Assembly (NCBI GenBank): GCA_013239625.1
Contig: MU054391.1
Span: forward strand, 436,001-496,000
Source: Lama guanicoe
Lineage: Eukaryota
Direction: 5' to 3'
Length of the DNA: 60,000 nt
Shown: positions 12,001-23,706 of the stretch, one piece after another
Layout: each line of letters starts with the position of its first letter
How positions within the stretch are numbered: position 1 is the first letter of the stretch
Program-made: the position numbers and the translations under genes
The notes under the pieces: generated by a model
Databases searched by the model: none
The model's input: only the letters and a program-made list of their open reading frames with translations
What the model was told of the DNA's origin: nothing

Positions 12001-14235
12001 GTTACTTCTGCTGTCACCTGAGCTTGAATTGATGCAGTTTATGGATTTTCACAGAAAGTACATTTTCAGTTGAAGAAACTAAATTAGGAAAACAAAGGGG
12101 AAAATTGAATCATGCAACTAATTTCAATTCAATTCAGGAAGGGTTCACTGAAATATATGGTTAAAAAACTGCAATTTTAGAAGTTAAAAAAAAACCGCCA
12201 AAATGAGCTGGTTTTTCCTTCTCCGTCCCTCGCATCTTTACCTTTATTTTGTTCAGAAAATGTTTGCTTCGCGTTCCTGTCGGTCCAGCGTGTGGGCGCG
12301 GAGCAGGCCAGGCGGTCCGCTCTGTCGCTGTGTCTGGCATATGAGACGTGGCCCAGGACCTCCAGCAGACACGAGCGTGCTGGCTGACACTAGGACCAGG
12401 AGAGACGCACTTTCACAGCCAAGTGTCCCCCATCTTCCCCTCCCATCCGTGAGACCCCAGCAGGTTTCTCAGCTGTAGGGGGGGTGTTGGGAGGGGGAGG
12501 GCACAGCGGGGGTCGAGGACAGCAGGAGAGGGTCTGGACCAGTGCAGCGTGGAGGCAGATCTGTGTCTGGAGTTAGTGATGACAGTTACAGGAAACACCC
12601 CAGGAAAGGTGACAAGCCCCCGCCCAGGCTTCCTGTGTCTGGAGCTGGTCTGCGTCAGTGACAGAAGCAGGGCTGAGGGGATTCAGGCATCGGCGCAGGG
12701 GACCCGGCCCTCCCTGTTTCAGCCACTCCAGTGGGTGGCAGGGGAGAAGGGAGCCCCCCTGGGTGCACAGGTGCCCCACCTTCTCGAGTTTATGCTTGAG
12801 CCAGACAAGCTCTGCATGGGGTAGCCAGGGAGGCGGGCAGATCGCCGGCCCTGGTGTCCGGCCCCGGCACGTCTGTGTAGTCCTGCCCCCGTGAGTGTTC
12901 AGCCAATTCAGACAGGCTGTTGGGGATGTTTTCTGTGCTCATTTTTTGTGCTATTAACACAATTTAAATGGTGGAAGCATTTCGTGGTGTTCCCTGAAAA
13001 TACCCACATGGGTCACCAGGTGTGCTAGGGAGGGCCATGCTGGTTCGGCAGGTGGGGCTGTGGGCCGAGGCCTGCACTTCCACAGGGACTCAGGGGGCCC
13101 TCCCTCCTGGCCTGGGCCTTCCTTCCCCAGCTTGTTAGCCTCACAGAAGCTAATGCTGAGTGTCTCAAATTCCTGGTGCTCAGACCACATCCTACGGGGA
13201 TTAGACCCGGGTCCCTGGGGGAGGCCCAGGCGGGGCTCTGCAGACCCGGCACTCCAGGCTGACCGAGTGACACACTGGGACTCAGCATTACCCTCACTGA
13301 ACCTGGGCCTCCTCCAGGACCCCTCAGGGAGCACTGCCCCCACCCCAATTTTCCTTCTGCTCCGGATTGTGACCTTGAACATGAGGGAGCTGTTAGCCCA
13401 GGAAGGGCCTCTCCTGCCAGGACAGTGGAGGGACAGAGGCAACACTGGTTGCACCCTTGCTCCTGGGACCTGGCTGGGGCTCCGTGTGCCCTGGGGCCAT
13501 CCTCTGGTCCTGGCCTGAGGACTAGACCCCTGTGACCTCTCCAAGTGCCCGTTCTCCCCTCCTTCCTTCCTCCCAGGTGCAGGGCTGTGCCTGAGACCAT
13601 GCTGGCCAGAGCCTGGTGCAGGCGTAAGACAGATGGGAGGTCATCAGGTGCAGGCCCGGGACCCGCGCCCACCTGGGCGACCTGGGGCTGCTCAGCCAGG
13701 GAACATTTCTGTGATGTCCACACGGGAGGAGGTGACTTCTGCTAATTGATCCAAAGGTGTCTTCCCGACTCATCACCTGCTAAGAACACCTGGTACGTTA
13801 TCTTCTGTAATTATTAAATCTCCAGTCAGTACTTCCCAACAAATGCAGGTGGAATTGCTTGGTGTGTGGGGAGGACAGAAAACACCTTGTTCCCAGCCTC
13901 CCTGGAGGGCGGGCTGGTGGGCGGGCGCTCCATGCCTCATCCCGGGGCATGTCTGATGGAGTCACCATCCTGTCTGTGCATTCAGTGACTGTAACCCTGA
14001 CATCATCCTGCTTATTGTCAGTGTGTCACCTTCCTGCTCCAGAACAACAGATCTCCATGAAAATATTATTTGGATCTTTATTGAAAGTTATCATTTTCAC
14101 TCAAATAGCTTTGGTCAAAGTGAAAAATGCAAAGTAGAAAAATAGATTAAAATAAAGTACTAGTAAAGCATTCAGGCTTTTAAAAACGTGAGGACTAATT
14201 ATCCTGTAAAAACATGTTTTACAAACTTAGTTACT

Positions 14236-14497
14236 GGGAGAAAAGGGATAAACTGGGAGTTTGGGATTAGCAGATACTAACTACTGTATATAAAATAGAT
14301 TTAAAAAACAAGGTCCTGCCGTACGCCACGAGGAACTCTATTCAATACCTTATAATGACCTATAATGAAAAAGAATGTGGAAAGGAATATCTGTGTACAT
14401 GTGTAACTGAATCACTGTGCTGTGCACCAGACACTAACACAACGTTGTAGATTGACTGTATTCAATTCATAAAGAAAGAAAGTGTTCAAAAAAAAGT
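14236..14497 (+). mobile_element. L1 3'UTR terminal fragment with A-rich tail
   Basis: GGGATAAACTGGGAGTTTGGGATTAGCAGATACTAACTACTG...AATCACTGTGCTGTGCACCAGACACTAACACAACGTTGTAGATTGAC is the reverse complement of the 3'UTRs at 6090-6300 and 37000-37230. Confidence 0.9.
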
Positions 14498-14674
14498 TTT
14501 ACACCCAATTCTCTGAAGACAACTCGGGAAGACACAGTAAAGATTCCACTGCTGTGCGTTACGCTGGGCAGGCCCTCGGCAGCCGAGTGCGGACGGCCCA
14601 GCCGTTGGTGCTGGCCGTGCGGGCGAGCTCTAGGCTCCCCTGGCCTCACTGCCCCGACCCCACTGTCTCCGCAG

Positions 14675-14810
14675 ACCAAAACCGGGACCGCACTGCTGTG
14701 CGACCCAGGGTCTGGACACGCCTACGACGTCCGGCTGAAGCTGACGGAAGAGGTACTGACAGTTCAAAAGCAAGACGTCCTGTGTCAGTGGCAGCACCCA
14801 CAGTGCGAAC
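14675..14810 (+). CDS. SNTG2: SNTG2 exon 2 homologue (N-terminal half of split PH domain), 136 nt, -2 frameshift
   Basis: ccgcag|ACCAAAACC...GCGAAC|gtcagt. Reads TKTGTALLCDPGSGHAYDVRLKLTEEVLTVQKQDV, then one extra C, then CVSGSTHSAN. Human is TKTTIALLYDEESENAYDIRLKLTKEVLTIQKQDVVCVGGSHQGRN (46 codons). Confidence 0.92.
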
Positions 14811-15622
14811 GTCAGTGCTCCCGCGTCTGCAGGCCCCAGGGGTTTGTCCCAGACCGTCCCACCCCGGTGAGCCCAGAGGGTCTCCCCAGGCAGAGCCGCC
14901 CACGGGTGGTCCTGCGGGACCTGCCGGACTCGGTCCTCCGCCGAACCTAGAGGTCCCACCGCTGGCCTTCGTTGTCGCAGAGCAGCCTGTCATTGTCAGC
15001 ATCGTATCACTTGCGCTCTCCCTGACGTTTTATGAATGTATTTTCCTTGGGGAGCTGCACATTAAAAACACCCCCGAACACTGCAGTCAGGTTGGGCATA
15101 GTTTCATTGGAAGCTAGAAGGCAGTGGTGTGACAGTCTACTCCCTGACAGAATAGTAACCCGAGGGTTTCTGTCCAGAACGACTTGCAGCGCAAGCTCAG
15201 GCAGGCGTTTTTCAGTGTCAGGTTATCGACCGTGTCCCTGCATCCGTGGGTACAGATCAGGATCTCCAGGTGAAGCTCGGTCCTTCTCAGCTGCAGACTT
15301 ACAGATGAAATGTCCTTAACGGTAGGAAGCTTTTGTGTTAGATGCGCTAGAATACTGAATGAAGATTAGGGTGAAGGGTCTCAGCTCAGAGTTTACCTGG
15401 GCCTCCCGCCGACGATGTGTTAAACACACAACATACTGTATCTGAAGCCGTGTTCTGCTTCCCACATCCTTCCAGGAGGTTTCGCAGCCGTGGATAGAGA
15501 CGTGCATCTTGCTGACGAGTCTCTGCGCATCGTCAGCTCGGTTGTTCCTCTCCCCTTTGACTACACCCCCCATCGGCCGCAAAACCTGACGAGCAAGAAA
15601 CCGTGTAGAGGAGAGGACTTTC

Positions 15623-15749
15623 CTTTTGTGTGTTTTGTTTTGTTTGTTTTGGGGGGAGGTAATTTGGTTTATTTATTTATTTTTGATGCAGGCGCTGGGG
15701 ATTGAACCCGGGACCTCGTGCCTGCTGAGCACACGCCATCCCCTCCCCC
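15623..15749 (-). mobile_element. tRNA-derived SINE, camelid Vic-1 type
   Basis: The reverse complement starts GGGGGAGGG and contains the B box GGTTCAATCCC followed by (AAAT)n-AATTACCTCCCCCC and an A-rich tail. Confidence 0.8.
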
Positions 15750-18700
15750 AGAGTGTTTTTTAAAGTATCCCCGAAGCACTTCCATCCCCAGTTCGCAGTG
15801 GCACGGGCTCTAGGGACACCTGCGGTGGGTGGTTTCTGAGTCCTGTGGCCTTTGTGCTGGAGGTGAGCCGGACGGGCACCTCCTCCAGGGCTGCGGTCCC
15901 GCACGCGGCATTTCCTCGTGAGATGCAATGCCGTGACCTTGCTGGGGAGGCCTGAGCCTGCCATATGTCCACACAGGCTCTCGTGACTCTCAAAACTCGC
16001 GTCTCCACCTGAAATCCTCCTCCATCTGCCCTGACCCAGGTCCACCCTCCCTCCCGTGTCGTAGGTCTGCCTTCCCGGGTCTGGGTCTGGCTGCTGCATC
16101 TGGGGAGGGTGCCCCCTTGGGTCCAGGACCTGTGAAGCCAGACCAGGAGGCAGTCCTTCCTGCCATCCTCTGGAGAGCTGCAGACTCATATCCTGTGTAC
16201 CCCACCCTGGGGCCTCTCTGCACCCTGCAGACCCCCTTGCGCTCCACCAGCCCCGAGAAGACCCTGCTAACACCCCCAGGTCTGCTTTCTTTCTGAAAGT
16301 GGAGAGGTCTCGTCCCATCTTCGCGTGGCCCTGGCAGTGTCCATTCCTTTGCTCATTTCCCTGCAGCGGCTCTGGACGCCATGGGGTGGGGCTGGGGAGG
16401 GAGCCATGGGACCACTCTAACCACGTGAAAAAAATGACCCTTCTTAATAGTGAATTTGTAATCTCTAGAAAATCTCAGACAAGTTATAGTAAAAACACAC
16501 AATGTTTCTAGGCTATTTTGTCCAGGAAAAATAACCTACACTTTTAAATTCTATTCAGTGTCAGATTTTCTGCCCAAGGTTAAGTTCCTGATGAAAATTA
16601 TAGATTCCTTCTTAAGAGAAATGGGTGTATATTCCGACCCATAAATGCATGTTTTCATTTTCAAGTGATTTATTGAAGCTTGAAGCTTGATGTTAGTGTT
16701 TCCTGTCCTAAAATAAGGGTGTGGGTGGGGACACAGGGTTCACGTGGCTTTGTACCCAGTCTCTGCCCCTCCTTACTGCTCTCTGCTGGTTCCCTAGGAA
16801 GCCCTCTGTTCTAGGAAAGTAGTGGACATGTGCTTGAGTAAACATGCGTATCTGGGCTGCACAGTTGGGAGGGGCGTTCAGAGGACGTTTCCGCACCTAG
16901 ATGAACATAGTCAGTTGCTGAGATCAGAATCTCTCCCAGTTACAGAATCACGTTGGGTTCAATCCCATTGGTTTGAGTTGCAGCTGAAACCCCGTGCTCT
17001 TCAGCTGATTATAAAAATAAAACTAACCTTGACATGAGAATTTATCGTGTGTTTGGAGGTTAAGAAAGACTCCTTTTAGCAAAAGTCAGGGCTGTTTTTA
17101 CAGAGTCAGAACCCCTCTGAGGGACACCAGAGCCTCGACTCTCAGTATGTTCACAGCTGGATGTTTCCATGTTAACTTCCACCAGAGAACCTGGTTGAGG
17201 ACAATTATTTTCCATTTAAAATTTTTCTGAAGAGCAGGAAAGGAAGATGCAACGATTCCACAGTGGATCAGCGGAAGAAATGAGTGTGAATTTACAGCTC
17301 ACCAACCTCGAGTTCCTGTGTGGCTCCCGGGAGATGAAAACTTGTCGTCGGAGTCAGTTCAGCCGGGTCGCGGAGTCTGCACTGTAGATGGGAAAGTCCA
17401 GCAGAAGGCGGCTGGTCACGGGGACCCCGAGACCGGGTCAGCGTCTTAGAGCAAACGCCTCGTTTGTCAGGCCCCGTGAGCTCAGATGCCGCCACTGAGT
17501 CTGTGGACGGCTCACGCTGGTGTTTTGATTTTCAAGATCAGTTTTCTTAATGGGAGGTACTACTGATGATTGATTCTCACATTTCGGGCTCTTCTCAGTG
17601 GGAGGTCCCTGCTCACTTCAAAGTCAACACACCTTTGACTCAGCACTTACTCAGAAGTGAGCCTGGAGGAGTTTGGTTCTCTTGAAGCTTAACACAAAGT
17701 TCACACGGAACCCTACACCTTAGGCTGCGCTTACGTGCTGATTGTCTGGGAAGACACGGTTGCGTAGACTTGTATTTTGTTTCCTTGAACCTACTGGGAA
17801 GGAAGTAAGTGTGGTGTCAGTTAAGGGTGGGTGTTGTTCTTCATCCAGGAGGGGAAGAGCTAATGTAAAACTAAATCTGCTCTTTAGTAAAACCGACATA
17901 TTCTTAACTCTGCTGATCCAGCCTCCGAACTTGGAATCTAAGAGTCCACACTGCATTTATGTTCCTCTTTCCTGACATCAACATGGCACTTTGAAGACTC
18001 ACAGCCTCTGGGTTTGCTGACTCCCTCCTAAGAGTGTGTGCACTTTGCAGCGGGAAAGAGCTCGCTTGTTCTGTTTCAGTTTGTGCTTGGATTGCTTTAT
18101 TTTTGTAGCTGTCGCTGTGCACTTGACACAGTTTAATTTTCTAAACTCTACGTTTACATTTGTGTTTTAAATGAATGTGGTGAGGAAGTTACATCTAAAC
18201 ACTTTCCGCTGAAGGAACACGTTCCAGGATCTCTGTTGTATCTGGCACTTCGAGTCACGGCACATTTGTGGCTGGAATGTATCTGGGAGATTCCACACCC
18301 TCACTTTCCTGTTTGGGAAGTTGGGATTCGTGGGGAAGGAAGTTGTTGTCTGAGCTCACGGGGCTGATTACAGAATCGGGGCAGCGTCTCAGCAGCTCCT
18401 CGGCTAGTTTGTGACCCGGCGGGTGCTGCGTGTTGGGTTCCCAAGACAGCACAGGCCCAGAGACGTGCGGGATGTTCCCAGAGACACAAGCGCCAGCGAC
18501 GCTGGGGAGGCTCAGTGACGCGGAAGTCGTGTGAGCTCTGGGAGGGCCAGTCCCCGAGCCTGGTGTGCCCCCAGCGTGACCTGATGGGGGGTTCAGCGTG
18601 GACACCAGGAGACAGCCGGGGGGGACGCCAGAGGGAGGATAGACCGGCCCCCTCCCTGCCTGGAGGAGGAGAGCCCGGGGTCACGGCTGCGGTGTGTGGA

Positions 18701-20876
18701 CCTGAAAACAAAGCCCGCCCCGTGGGAGGGAAGAGTCCTCCCCACCTGGCACTGGCTCCAGAAGGAAGAGGGACCCTCACCCCCGCCCGCCCTGCTTTGG
18801 GTCTGCGGCTGGGATTCACCGGTCCCTGTGCCATGAAAGCCCCACACGGATAAAGGAGGCTGTAGGGCTGCCAGGTCTGGGGGCCCCGGTCCGCGCAGGG
18901 GGAAGCGGTGTGTCCCTTCTGCAGGAGCACCCTTCACATTTGGGTCTGAGGTGACTCCCCAGGGCAGGTTCCCGGGGGCCTGTGGAGAGGAAGCCACGGG
19001 GAAGAGGACGGGGCAGGGACGCAGAGAGGAGAGGGTGGGGACGTGGGCCCGCAAAGACCCCCGACCTGGGGGTCCGGCGCCACAGGGTGCACGTGTTCAC
19101 TACGTCTGAAGACACGAGAGAGGCCCTGCCAGTGCGGCCGGGAGGGAGGGCCGTGCACGGCGACCCAGCAGGCGTGGAACCAACCAGAGAGGACAAGAGC
19201 AGGGAAGGAGAGCAGTCTCGGGGTGCGAGCTAAACAGCATGTCTGTCAGAAAGAAGGCTTCGGCCGTCAAACAGTGAGGCTGGTCTGAGGGGCCCGCGGG
19301 GCCGGGGAGAGCGCCAGGGGCTGAGGGGCCCGCGGCGGGGGGGCGGGGGAGCACCAGGGTCAGCAAATAGAGAAGAGCAGGTCGGAGGCCCGCAGGGCAG
19401 CGCGGGTGCTGCTGGGGCCGTGGAGACAGGGAAGCGGAGGGGCTCGGGGGGCAGTGGGCTCCTCGCTGGTGAAGGACGTCAGTCTGTGTCTCGGGCCCCA
19501 GGGAACCCCTGGAGGGAGAGACGCCCACTTCCCTGCCTGAAACGCGCTCCCGGTTTGTAGAGGGTGTGCGGGCCCCTCCTCTCTGGGGGTTCTGTGTCCT
19601 GTCAGAGTCCAGTCCTCCCCGGGGAAGGGGTGTCGGGCTAACAGCACACATCTGTGGCCTGATGGTAGAAGGTAGAATCGGGCCCGCGTATTTTAGCTCT
19701 GCATCCACCTGACGCCACAGCTGTCGGCCCTCCCTTCCCCGTAAACGTGTCCCGTCGGAGATGCCTAGATCCAGGCACACGGGCTCCCCTGCCCGGGATC
19801 GCGTGCCCCTCACGTCTGGGCCTGGCTTCCTGGGTTTCCCGCGTGTGTCTTTGCAGCTGTGCGAGTGAGTGACTGAGGGGCGAGTTACCCAGTGCAGAGA
19901 CAGGTGCATTGTGAAAGGTGCTCAGCTCAGTAAGACCACTGAGCAACCTCTGTGACGCGCTAACTGGCCGCCACAGGGCCGAAGAGAGGCATTGCAGGTG
20001 GTCCCAGGGCCGTCACAATGGTCCACCGAACTGGTTAAAATCATTAAAAAAAAGTTAGGTTTATGATTTACACAACATGCCCTGTGAAAAATGTCAACAG
20101 ATTTTAATGTTAGTTCGGATGAAGGAGTTAAGCTTGGATTACGGTCTCCACGACAGGCGACGTGGTTGCCGTGACACTGGCCAAGGACACGGCAGTTTCT
20201 GATCAGTTCTGCGTGCGACACGCAGCACAATCCTGTCATCGCTCTTTTGTTATAAAATCAACGCACTGTTTCTACTTCTCTCTGCCTCGTTCGACGTGCT
20301 TTCTGGAGCACCCTTTTGCTTTCTGTTCTTTGGGTTTATAGATCAGAAGTAGGTACCACCTGTAATTTAGTATTTAACTTAAAGAACGATTTTACTCTTG
20401 TCTGTAATCTTTGTTGCTGTATTTCCTGGTTTCCCACCAGATACTTTATCCTGCAGCCCAAACTGCAAGTAACTTTGTAACAAAACAGCCCTTCTGAACT
20501 CCCTGGACGTACTTCCTCACCATTGTCTTTTTCCCATTCTTAGTATCTATTTGTTGGCAGACATTTATTTCTGAATTTTTTCCATTTTTTCCCAAGACCT
20601 GAATTGAAAACCCATTTGTTTTCAGTTTCTGAAAATTGATTTCTACACATGTATTCACACCATAAGTTGACTCTGGGTCCCGGGTCTTTTTCTTTGGAGT
20701 CATTGGTGTGGAAGCTTTAGGAAGAGAGGAAAGAGAGACCCGGACCCCGACCTGCAAGACCCTTCCAGGGTGTTTGCTCCCGTCGTGGATCTGGGGCCTG
20801 ACACCCTCCTCCCACACCCTCCCCAACATCAAAATCCACTAACATCTGTTTTCTGAAAAAAATTGAGAAGGTTTTG

Positions 20877-21279
20877 TGTGTGTGTGAGAACTAAAATCCT
20901 CAGAAAATTCTCCTAAATTGCTAACATTAACAATCCCTCTTTCGGGCTCTTCCGCCACGTGTGTCATGAAAGCCTGCTGGCTCTTGGTAGCAGGTGGTCC
21001 CGGTGGTGATGTCGGGGGAGTCGGGGGGGGCGAGGCTGGAGTGTGGACTCACCAGTGACCGGGGGTGTGGGTGAAGGATGTGTGTGTGAGAACTAAAATC
21101 CTCAGAAAATTCTCCTAAATTGCTAACATTAACAATCCCTCTTTCGGGCTCTTCCGCCACGTGTGTCATGAAAGCCTGCTGGCTCTTGGTAGCAGGTGGT
21201 CCCGGTGGTGAGGTCGGGGGGGCCGGGGGGGGCGAGGCTGGAGTGTGGACTCACCAGTGACCGGGGGTGTGGGTGAAGG
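20877..21279. repeat. Tandem duplication, 2 x 202 bp
   Basis: Unit (TG)nAGAACTAAAATCCTCAG...GTGGGTGAAGG is repeated at an offset of 202 with three substitutions. Confidence 0.97.
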
Positions 21280-23510
21280 TGCCCTGGGCCGGGGAGGGGG
21301 ACAGCAGGCCTGGTGGCATCCCTCACAAGGGCCAGTTTTATCTTTGTAACCGGCTGAAGCCCATCTCTGGACACTGCAATGTTCTGATCTGAGCCTCAGC
21401 TTGCAGCTGTAACAGATGGGAAGTTCGCATTAAGCCCCAGTTGCAGTGTCTGATGTGGACACGTGCGGCTTTGCTGAGCGAGGCTCACATGGCGGGGCCG
21501 CGTGTGCTCAGGAGGGGCACTGCGGCAGACCGCGTGGAGTGGGCATCTGAGTGGCCAGGACTCTGGCTGAGCCGGGACCCTGGGTGGCAGGCGCTCCGAG
21601 TTAAAGAGGGTTATGACACGAATTCCTTCCCTCCCCTGTTAGGAATCTTAGAACTTGGCTCCGTTGACCATTTCTTGGTGTTTCCTTTGCATTGTCTTCC
21701 TAAGGTCCCCGTGGGAACAAAATGACACAGTCGAAAGGTCGTTATTTGGGGAGCTCTTTGGAGGCAGGACCCACCTGCTCCTTCTCAAACACGTTTCCCC
21801 TGACGCGTACTCTCCTGCTCTCAGTGGGTTCTGCTGCTTATCCCAGTGGGAAAAGTGGAAAGCATCATCGACTGTTTTGAGGAGCTCCGCAGCCTCCTGG
21901 TCGATGTTCTGGACGACCCAGCTTTCCCACCTCCCGACGCTCAGAAGGTCTCTGCTGGAAGCTCAGGGCCGATGTGTTGCACGCGGGCTTATCCCGCCCC
22001 AGCCGAGCCTGAGCGCAGGGGGACCTCAGGGCCGAGGGCAGAACAGAGGGAGCGAGTGTCCCCACGCTGCTGGTCACACTCGGGAGATGCTCGCTGACCT
22101 GGAGAGTCAGCTCCCGTGTCGCACGTGGGGACCTGCCGGGGACCGAGCCTCACGCCTGCTTCTGCTGCGTCCGACTCTGTGCAGGTGAAGGTGCTCCCGG
22201 CGTTTCAGACGCGCACTTAGAACACGGCCCGGAAGTCACCACGGTGTCCCTGTCACACGAGTGTCACTGCTGCCCCCACCTCCCTCACTGGGAACCCAGT
22301 CCAGGACGAGGAAAAAGGCGAAACGGTTTCTCTGAAACCAAAGTCCTGAAGTACAGCTCTTCCCACATTTGACTGTGAAAGTATTTCATCAGTTCAAAGC
22401 GTTGCATGTGCTGAAGAGCTCAGAATAGTCGAATGTGTCCCACGTACACCCTACAAGAGGTTTATTTGCTCTAATTTTTGGTGTCTTTAAGGCTATAATA
22501 TATTCACTCCAAAGACTAAAATTACAAGTGGATTTTAAATAATAAAATAATAAATATAAATAAATAAATATGAGAAGTTAAAATGATAAAAATAAAAGCG
22601 TGTAAGTAAGTGACAGGTGGCCGTACGGCTTCCGGGTCCTTTCTCGCCGGCAGTGGGCGTGTCCCCCGCGGGGCCCCTCGGGACACCCCGCTCTTCCCCG
22701 GCCGGGGTCTCTCTTTGCGGGCTTTGCACACACGCACTCTTTGGCGTCTGAAAGCGCTCACCTCTGCGCTCGCTCATCCCAGCGATGCTGGGCGCTCCCG
22801 TCGTTCCGATGGTCCCTCCGGTGAGCACGCTCGCTGCAGCCGCTTCAGCTGGTCCAGGCCTCCCTGGTCTCGCCCTCTCAGCCCCACAGCTAACAGTCAG
22901 GCAGTTTAGACCAAAACACAGTCCGTCACGTGATGGAACGTGTACGAGACGGGACGGTGCCCAGCCAGTCACCCCCCACCAAGGGCAAGGGGAAATCTGG
23001 CTTCTCATCAGCACCGACGCCTTTAAACCGGATCCGGACGTGGAATAACTGATCACTCGAGAGTTCACACTGATCACCTGAAACCTGGCCTAAGAGTGAC
23101 TGAGCTGCACGGAGGAGGGCGGTGCAGAGGGAGCCGGTTTTGCAGGGAGAACAGACGTTAGGGACAGGTCAGGGTGTGCTCTGCGGCCTCACTGTCTGCC
23201 CCCCGGGAAACGGCCAGTGTTCCCCTCATGGTGCTTCGACTCCCAGGGACGGTGAGGGCAAGAGCGCCCGCCTGCCGGAGTTCTGTGTGGCTTTTAAATC
23301 ACGCGCAGAACAGGGCTGATTCTGTCCATGTCCGCGTCCGTGTCACGGCAGGGGCTGGACTGGAGATGGTGTTGTGACTGGGGTGACTCTGGAAATACGT
23401 TATAAACAGTTCCTCGCGTTTCACGCAGAAGCTGCTTGTGCATTTTGTACTCCCTTTCTGACTGTGCATTCTAACATAGACTGTTCTTTTTCTTCCTAAG
23501 TGTTTTAAAG

Positions 23511-23567
23511 CACGGAACGGTTACACTTCGCCGACAGCCCGGGGGCGGCTTGGGCCTGAGCGTAGAG
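23511..23567 (+). CDS. SNTG2: SNTG2 exon 3 homologue (PDZ start, GLGL loop), 57 nt
   Basis: ttaaag|CACGGA...GTAGAG|gtgtga. HGTVTLRRQPGGGLGLSVE vs human RRTVTLRRQPVGGLGLSIK. Confidence 0.95.
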
Positions 23568-23648
23568 GTGTGAGCGGGTGGCCCCACGCTCCTTTCCTGC
23601 GCTGGCCCTGTGCTGACCTGACCTGCACTCCCGCTGCCTGTCTTCCAG

Positions 23649-23706
23649 GGAGGCTCGGCGCACAGAGTCCCTGTCGTCATATCGAAAATATTGAAAGACC
23701 ACGCAG
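23649..23706 (+). CDS. SNTG2: SNTG2 exon 4 homologue (PDZ), 58 nt
   Basis: ttccag|GGAGGC...CACGCAG|gtgaca. GGSAHRVPVVISKILKDHA, after an 81-nt intron from exon 3. Confidence 0.95.

Noticed and set aside
15680..15749. Possible tRNA gene
   Set aside because: SINE head only. It lacks the A box and a cloverleaf, and has a SINE tail.
20877..21279. Repeats as a CRISPR-like array
   Set aside because: Eukaryotic DNA with two adjacent copies and no spacers.
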